A DNA stretch of 64,000 nucleotides from Alphaproteobacteria bacterium. GTDB taxonomy: Bacteria > Pseudomonadota > Alphaproteobacteria > Bin95. The position numbers and the translations under genes are program-made. Below, piece after piece: positions 60,491 through 64,000 of the stretch; position 1 is the first letter of the stretch; each line of letters starts with the position of its first letter. The DNA lies in assembly GCA_963665325.3 (NCBI GenBank), contig CAXXWS020000002.1:768001-832000 (forward strand). The letters run 5' to 3'. The notes beneath the pieces were generated by a model, which was not told the origin of the DNA, made no database searches, and saw only the letters and a program-made list of their open reading frames with translations.

Positions 60491-61290
60491 GCCGGATCGC
60501 GGCGCGTTTCGAGGCCCTGCGGAAGGCGGGCCGGGCGGCATTCATGCCCTTTGTCAGCGGAGGCGACCCGGACTTCGACACCAGCCTCGCCATTCTGCGC
60601 CGCCTGGCGGATGCCGGCGCGGACATGTTTGAGATCGGCGTTTCGTTCACGGACCCGATGGCGGACGGGCCGACGGTTCAGGCGGGCGGCGCGCGCGCCC
60701 TTGCGGCCGGCATGAACATGGGGCGCGTCCTCGACCTCGTGCGCGCCTTCCGCGCCGAGGACGATGAAATGCCAATTGTGCTGATGGGGTATTTCAACCC
60801 GATCTACCGCTATGGCGCGGAGCGCTTCGCGGCGAATGCGAAGGCGGCGGGTGTGGACGGGCTGATTACCGTCGATCTGCCGCCGGAGGAGGAGGAGGAG
60901 TTGCGCGGGCCGGCCGAGCGCGCAGGCCTCGATATCGTCCGCCTCATTGCGCCGACGACGGATGAAGACCGCCTTCCGCTCGTGCTCGAGCGGGCAAGCG
61001 GCTTCGTCTATTACGTGTCGATAGCCGGCATCACCGGCACACGGTCGCCGACCATGGCGGATGTGGAATTCGCCGTCGACCGCCTGCGCCGCTTCACCGA
61101 ACTGCCGGTCGCGGTCGGCTTCGGCATCAACACGGCGGAACAGGCCGGCGCGGTAGCCCGCGTTGCCGAAGGTGCGGTCGTCGGGTCCGCTATCGTTCGC
61201 GAGATCGGGGCCGGCGGCCCGGACATGCTGGACCGCGTCGGCGCGCTCGCCCGCGAGCTGGCGGAGGGCGTCGCGGGAGCGCGCGCATGA
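60487..61290 (+). CDS. trpA: Tryptophan synthase alpha chain
   Basis: [43 protein letters not shown]; GTGA overlap. Confidence 0.96.
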   Translation: MSRIAARFEALRKAGRAAFMPFVSGGDPDFDTSLAILRRLADAGADMFEIGVSFTDPMADGPTVQAGGARALAAGMNMGRVLDLVRAFRAEDDEMPIVLMGYFNPIYRYGAERFAANAKAAGVDGLITVDLPPEEEEELRGPAERAGLDIVRLIAPTTDEDRLPLVLERASGFVYYVSIAGITGTRSPTMADVEFAVDRLRRFTELPVAVGFGINTAEQAGAVARVAEGAVVGSAIVREIGAGGPDMLDRVGALARELAEGVAGARA

Positions 61291-62246
61291 ACTGGCTCAC
61301 CGAATTCGTCCGGCCGCGCCTTCGCAGCCTCGTCCGCAAGACGGACGTGCCGGAGAACCTCTGGCTGCAATGCGACAATTGCGGCCAGATGATCTTCCAC
61401 CGCGAGCTGCACGAACTGATCAATGTCTGCCCGCATTGCGACCACCATATGCGTCTCGATGCGCCGGGCCGCCTGGCCATGCTGTTCGACCACGGTATCT
61501 ACGAGACCATCGAGCTGCCGGATGCGCCGGTCGATCCGCTCAAATTCCGCGACCGGCGCCGCTATACCGACCGCCTGAGGGATGCCCAGGCGCAGTTGAA
61601 GACGAAAGACGCCATGCGCGTGGCGCACGGCACCATCGACGACCAGCCAGCGGTTGCGGCGCTGCTCGATTTCGCTTTCATGGGCGGCTCGATGGGCATT
61701 GCCGTCGGCGAGGCGTTCCTGGCCGCGGCGCGGCTGGCGGTCGTACAGCGGGCTGCGCTGATCGCGGTCACGGCTTCCGGGGGCGCCCGGATGCAGGAGG
61801 GCATCCTGTCGCTGATGCAGATGCCGCGTACGACGATTGCGGTCGCCGAGGTCAAGGAAGCGGGGCTGCCCTATATCGTGCTGATGACCGACCCAACCAC
61901 GGGCGGCGTCTCGGCATCCTTTGCCATGCTGGGCGACATCGCCATCGCGGAGCCGGGCGCTGCAATCGGCTTTGCCGGGCAGCGGGTCATCCAGCAGACG
62001 ATCCGCGAAACCCTTCCGGAGAACTTCCAGCGCGCCGAATATCTGCACGAGCACGGCATTATCGACATGGTGGTGCACAGGCGCGAACTGCGCGGCACGC
62101 TCGGCCGGCTGCTCTCGATGCTGATGCAGCCCAAACCCGCGCCGGTCGAGGTTGACGGCGCGCCCCTGCTGGCCAATCCGGAGATCGTCGAAACGGCGGC
62201 AGCGAACGACTCCGGCGGCACCAACCCGGAGCAGATCGAGGGTTGA
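61287..62246 (+). CDS. accD: Acetyl-CoA carboxylase carboxyltransferase beta subunit
   Basis: CDNC...CPHC zinc finger, FMGGSMG, SGGARMQEG, PTTGGVSAS. Confidence 0.96.
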   Translation: MNWLTEFVRPRLRSLVRKTDVPENLWLQCDNCGQMIFHRELHELINVCPHCDHHMRLDAPGRLAMLFDHGIYETIELPDAPVDPLKFRDRRRYTDRLRDAQAQLKTKDAMRVAHGTIDDQPAVAALLDFAFMGGSMGIAVGEAFLAAARLAVVQRAALIAVTASGGARMQEGILSLMQMPRTTIAVAEVKEAGLPYIVLMTDPTTGGVSASFAMLGDIAIAEPGAAIGFAGQRVIQQTIRETLPENFQRAEYLHEHGIIDMVVHRRELRGTLGRLLSMLMQPKPAPVEVDGAPLLANPEIVETAAANDSGGTNPEQIEG

Positions 62247-63469
62247 GCACGCTCGATCCGGTGCTGGCGCGGTTGACGGCGCTGCATCCGAAGCTGATCG
62301 ACCTCAAGCTCGACCGGGTGCTCCGCCTTCTCGAGCGGCTGGAGAATCCCGAGCGACGCCTGCCGCCCGTCATCCATGTCGCCGGCACCAATGGCAAGGG
62401 TTCGACCGTCGCCTTCATGCGCGCCATGCTGGAAGCGGCGGACCGGCGCGTGCATGTCTATACTTCGCCGCACCTGGTCAGGTTCAACGAGCGCATCGTT
62501 GTGGCCGGCGAGATGCTTGCCGACGGCGAGCTCCTGGCGTTGCTGGAAGAGTGCGAACGGGCGAACGAAGGCAGGCCGATCACCTTCTTCGAAATCACGA
62601 CCGCGGCGGCGTTCCTCGCCTTTTCCCGCGCCCCCGCCGACGTGCTGCTGCTGGAGGTCGGCCTGGGCGGGCGGCTCGACACGACCAATGTTGTCGAACG
62701 CCCGGCGGTGACGGCGATTACGCCGGTTGCCCGCGACCACACGCAGTTCCTCGGCGAGACCCTGGCGGACATCGCTGCCGAGAAGGCGGGCATCGTCAAA
62801 CCCGGCGCGCCATTGGTTCTCGCCCCGCAGGAGGCGGAGGCGAAGGCCGTCATTCTGGCAAAGGCGGCGGATAGTGGCGCGCCGGTCTATGACGACTGGC
62901 GGGTGTCTGAAGGCGTGTTTCACGGACGCCGGATGACGCTTCCCCTGCCGAAGCTCGGCCTTGCGGGCCCGCACCAGGCGGGCAATGCCGGGCTCGCCCT
63001 TGCCTGTCTCGAAGGGTTCGACCTGCCGGAGGCGCCGCTCGTTCGCGGCCTCGAAACCGCGCACTGGCCGGCGCGGCTTCAGCGCCTCTCGGAGGCGCCG
63101 GAAATCTGGCTCGACGGCGGCCACAACCCGGCTGCGGGCCGCGTGCTGGCGGACTGGCTCGCCGGGCGGCGCCAGCGCTTCGACCTTATCGTGGGCATGC
63201 TGGACACCAAGGACCGCGACCGCTTTCTGGCTGCGCTGGCGCCGCACGTCGAGCGGGCGGTAGCGGTGCCCGTGCCCGGCAGCGATGCTTCCGTGCCGGC
63301 CGAAGCGCTGGCGGAAACGGCGCGAGCCGCCGGCATGGATGCAACGGCGGCCCCGAATGTGGAAATGGCACTGGAACGCCTGGGCGGCGCGCGGCCGGTG
63401 CTGATCGCCGGCTCGCTCTACCTTGCAGGCGCGGTGCTCGCCGGGCGCGGCGCCCGATGTTCTCTATAG
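62243..63469 (+). CDS. folC: Folylpolyglutamate synthase/dihydrofolate synthase
   Basis: HVAGTNGKGS, YTSPHL, EVGLGGRLDTTN, DHTQFLG, WPARLQ, DGGHN, GSLYLAG. Confidence 0.96.
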   Translation: MSTLDPVLARLTALHPKLIDLKLDRVLRLLERLENPERRLPPVIHVAGTNGKGSTVAFMRAMLEAADRRVHVYTSPHLVRFNERIVVAGEMLADGELLALLEECERANEGRPITFFEITTAAAFLAFSRAPADVLLLEVGLGGRLDTTNVVERPAVTAITPVARDHTQFLGETLADIAAEKAGIVKPGAPLVLAPQEAEAKAVILAKAADSGAPVYDDWRVSEGVFHGRRMTLPLPKLGLAGPHQAGNAGLALACLEGFDLPEAPLVRGLETAHWPARLQRLSEAPEIWLDGGHNPAAGRVLADWLAGRRQRFDLIVGMLDTKDRDRFLAALAPHVERAVAVPVPGSDASVPAEALAETARAAGMDATAAPNVEMALERLGGARPVLIAGSLYLAGAVLAGRGARCSL

Positions 63470-63490
63470 AGATTTATTTCCTGAATATGC

Positions 63491-63518
63491 TTGCAATCTG
63501 CCGGATCCGGACTATCTT
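63491..63518 (+). promoter_or_regulatory. Putative sigma70 promoter with no convincing downstream ORF
   Basis: TTGCAA-N16-TATCTT just after folC. Confidence 0.4.
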
Positions 63519-63742
63519 CGCTCTCGCAGGAAGAACCGGAAACGAGAGCATGACCTGAGAACGATGGGCGGGGACTTACCTCCCTGGCGGCCCCAGATGC
63601 GAACCCGTAAGCGAATCGACCGCGCCGGCCGCGGACAGAACAGGTGCGCCCGCAAACGGAAAAGGTCCGGTGAGGTTTGCACGGTTTGCGCGGAAAGTGT
63701 CCGAACGGGTTGAGTCGGTCCGGCGCGAATTTGACGCCAGCG

Positions 63743-64000
63743 TCACGGTCTGCGCAGCGCTGCGGCGCGGCTCCGGCCGGGCGGCCGGCCGATCCTGCGC
63801 CTGACGCCGTGGCGCCTGAGGAAGCGCTTCATCGCGCTGTGGCTGAAAATGAGGCCGTGCTCGCAAAGCGCCGCGCACAACGCATTCACGGGCATGTCCG
63901 GGTCCGCCTCCAGAAGGCCGAATATCCGGTCCCGTTCCGCCTCGATGCGCCAGGAGCGGGTCCTGCCGGTTCCGGTCTTCGGCCGCAGGTGGCCGCGCTC
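63743..64000 (-). mobile_element. 3' part of an IS630-family OrfA-like HTH protein, start outside window; no DDE OrfB follows
   Basis: My translation (not in the ORF track): ERGHLRPKTGTGRTRSWRIEAERDRIFGLLEADPDMPVNALCAALCEHGLIFSHSAMKRFLRRHGVRRRIGRPPGRSRAAALRRP*, resembling the IS630 OrfA pattern RS.RIE...I..L.E..PD.T..EL...L.E.G...S.S...RFL.RHG. Confidence 0.65.

Noticed and set aside
63564-63713. 49-aa basic ORF with CxxC after folC
   Set aside because: Atypical codon usage, no clear SD and no recognisable family

Overview
High-GC alphaproteobacterial chromosomal window. Conserved housekeeping blocks (zapE-mdh-sucCD-sucAB-lpdA; thrS-infC-rpmI-rplT-pheST; tRNA-Ala(GGC)/FYDLN protein/aroA-cmk-rpsA-sppA-ihfB-lapA-trpFBA-accD-folC) alternate with accessory catabolic genes: an ICL/PEP-mutase lyase with a LeuCD-like hydratase, a CoA transferase, a Rieske oxygenase, a TAXI-TRAP transporter, flavin monooxygenases, a gentisate-type bicupin and GSTs. 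The most striking element is at 36001-39750: four translationally coupled ureohydrolase (arginase/agmatinase-fold) genes. Only the last keeps the binuclear-metal catalytic motifs; the first three are intact but differently degenerate pseudoenzymes. This is a candidate multi-subunit heteromeric guanidino-hydrolase, flanked by a PhyH dioxygenase, two class II aldolases and an Ldh_2 oxidoreductase with His-to-Tyr active-site changes. Other items: a non-canonical HTH-Fic protein with an upstream operator-like array, a G12 tract before the TRAP promoter, an ATA-start infC, a structured rpmI leader, an in-frame uORF before a TSUP gene, and a stand-alone IS630 OrfA-like HTH gene at the right edge. 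No CRISPR array, integrase or rRNA was seen. All calls come from motif recognition by eye; no searches were run.
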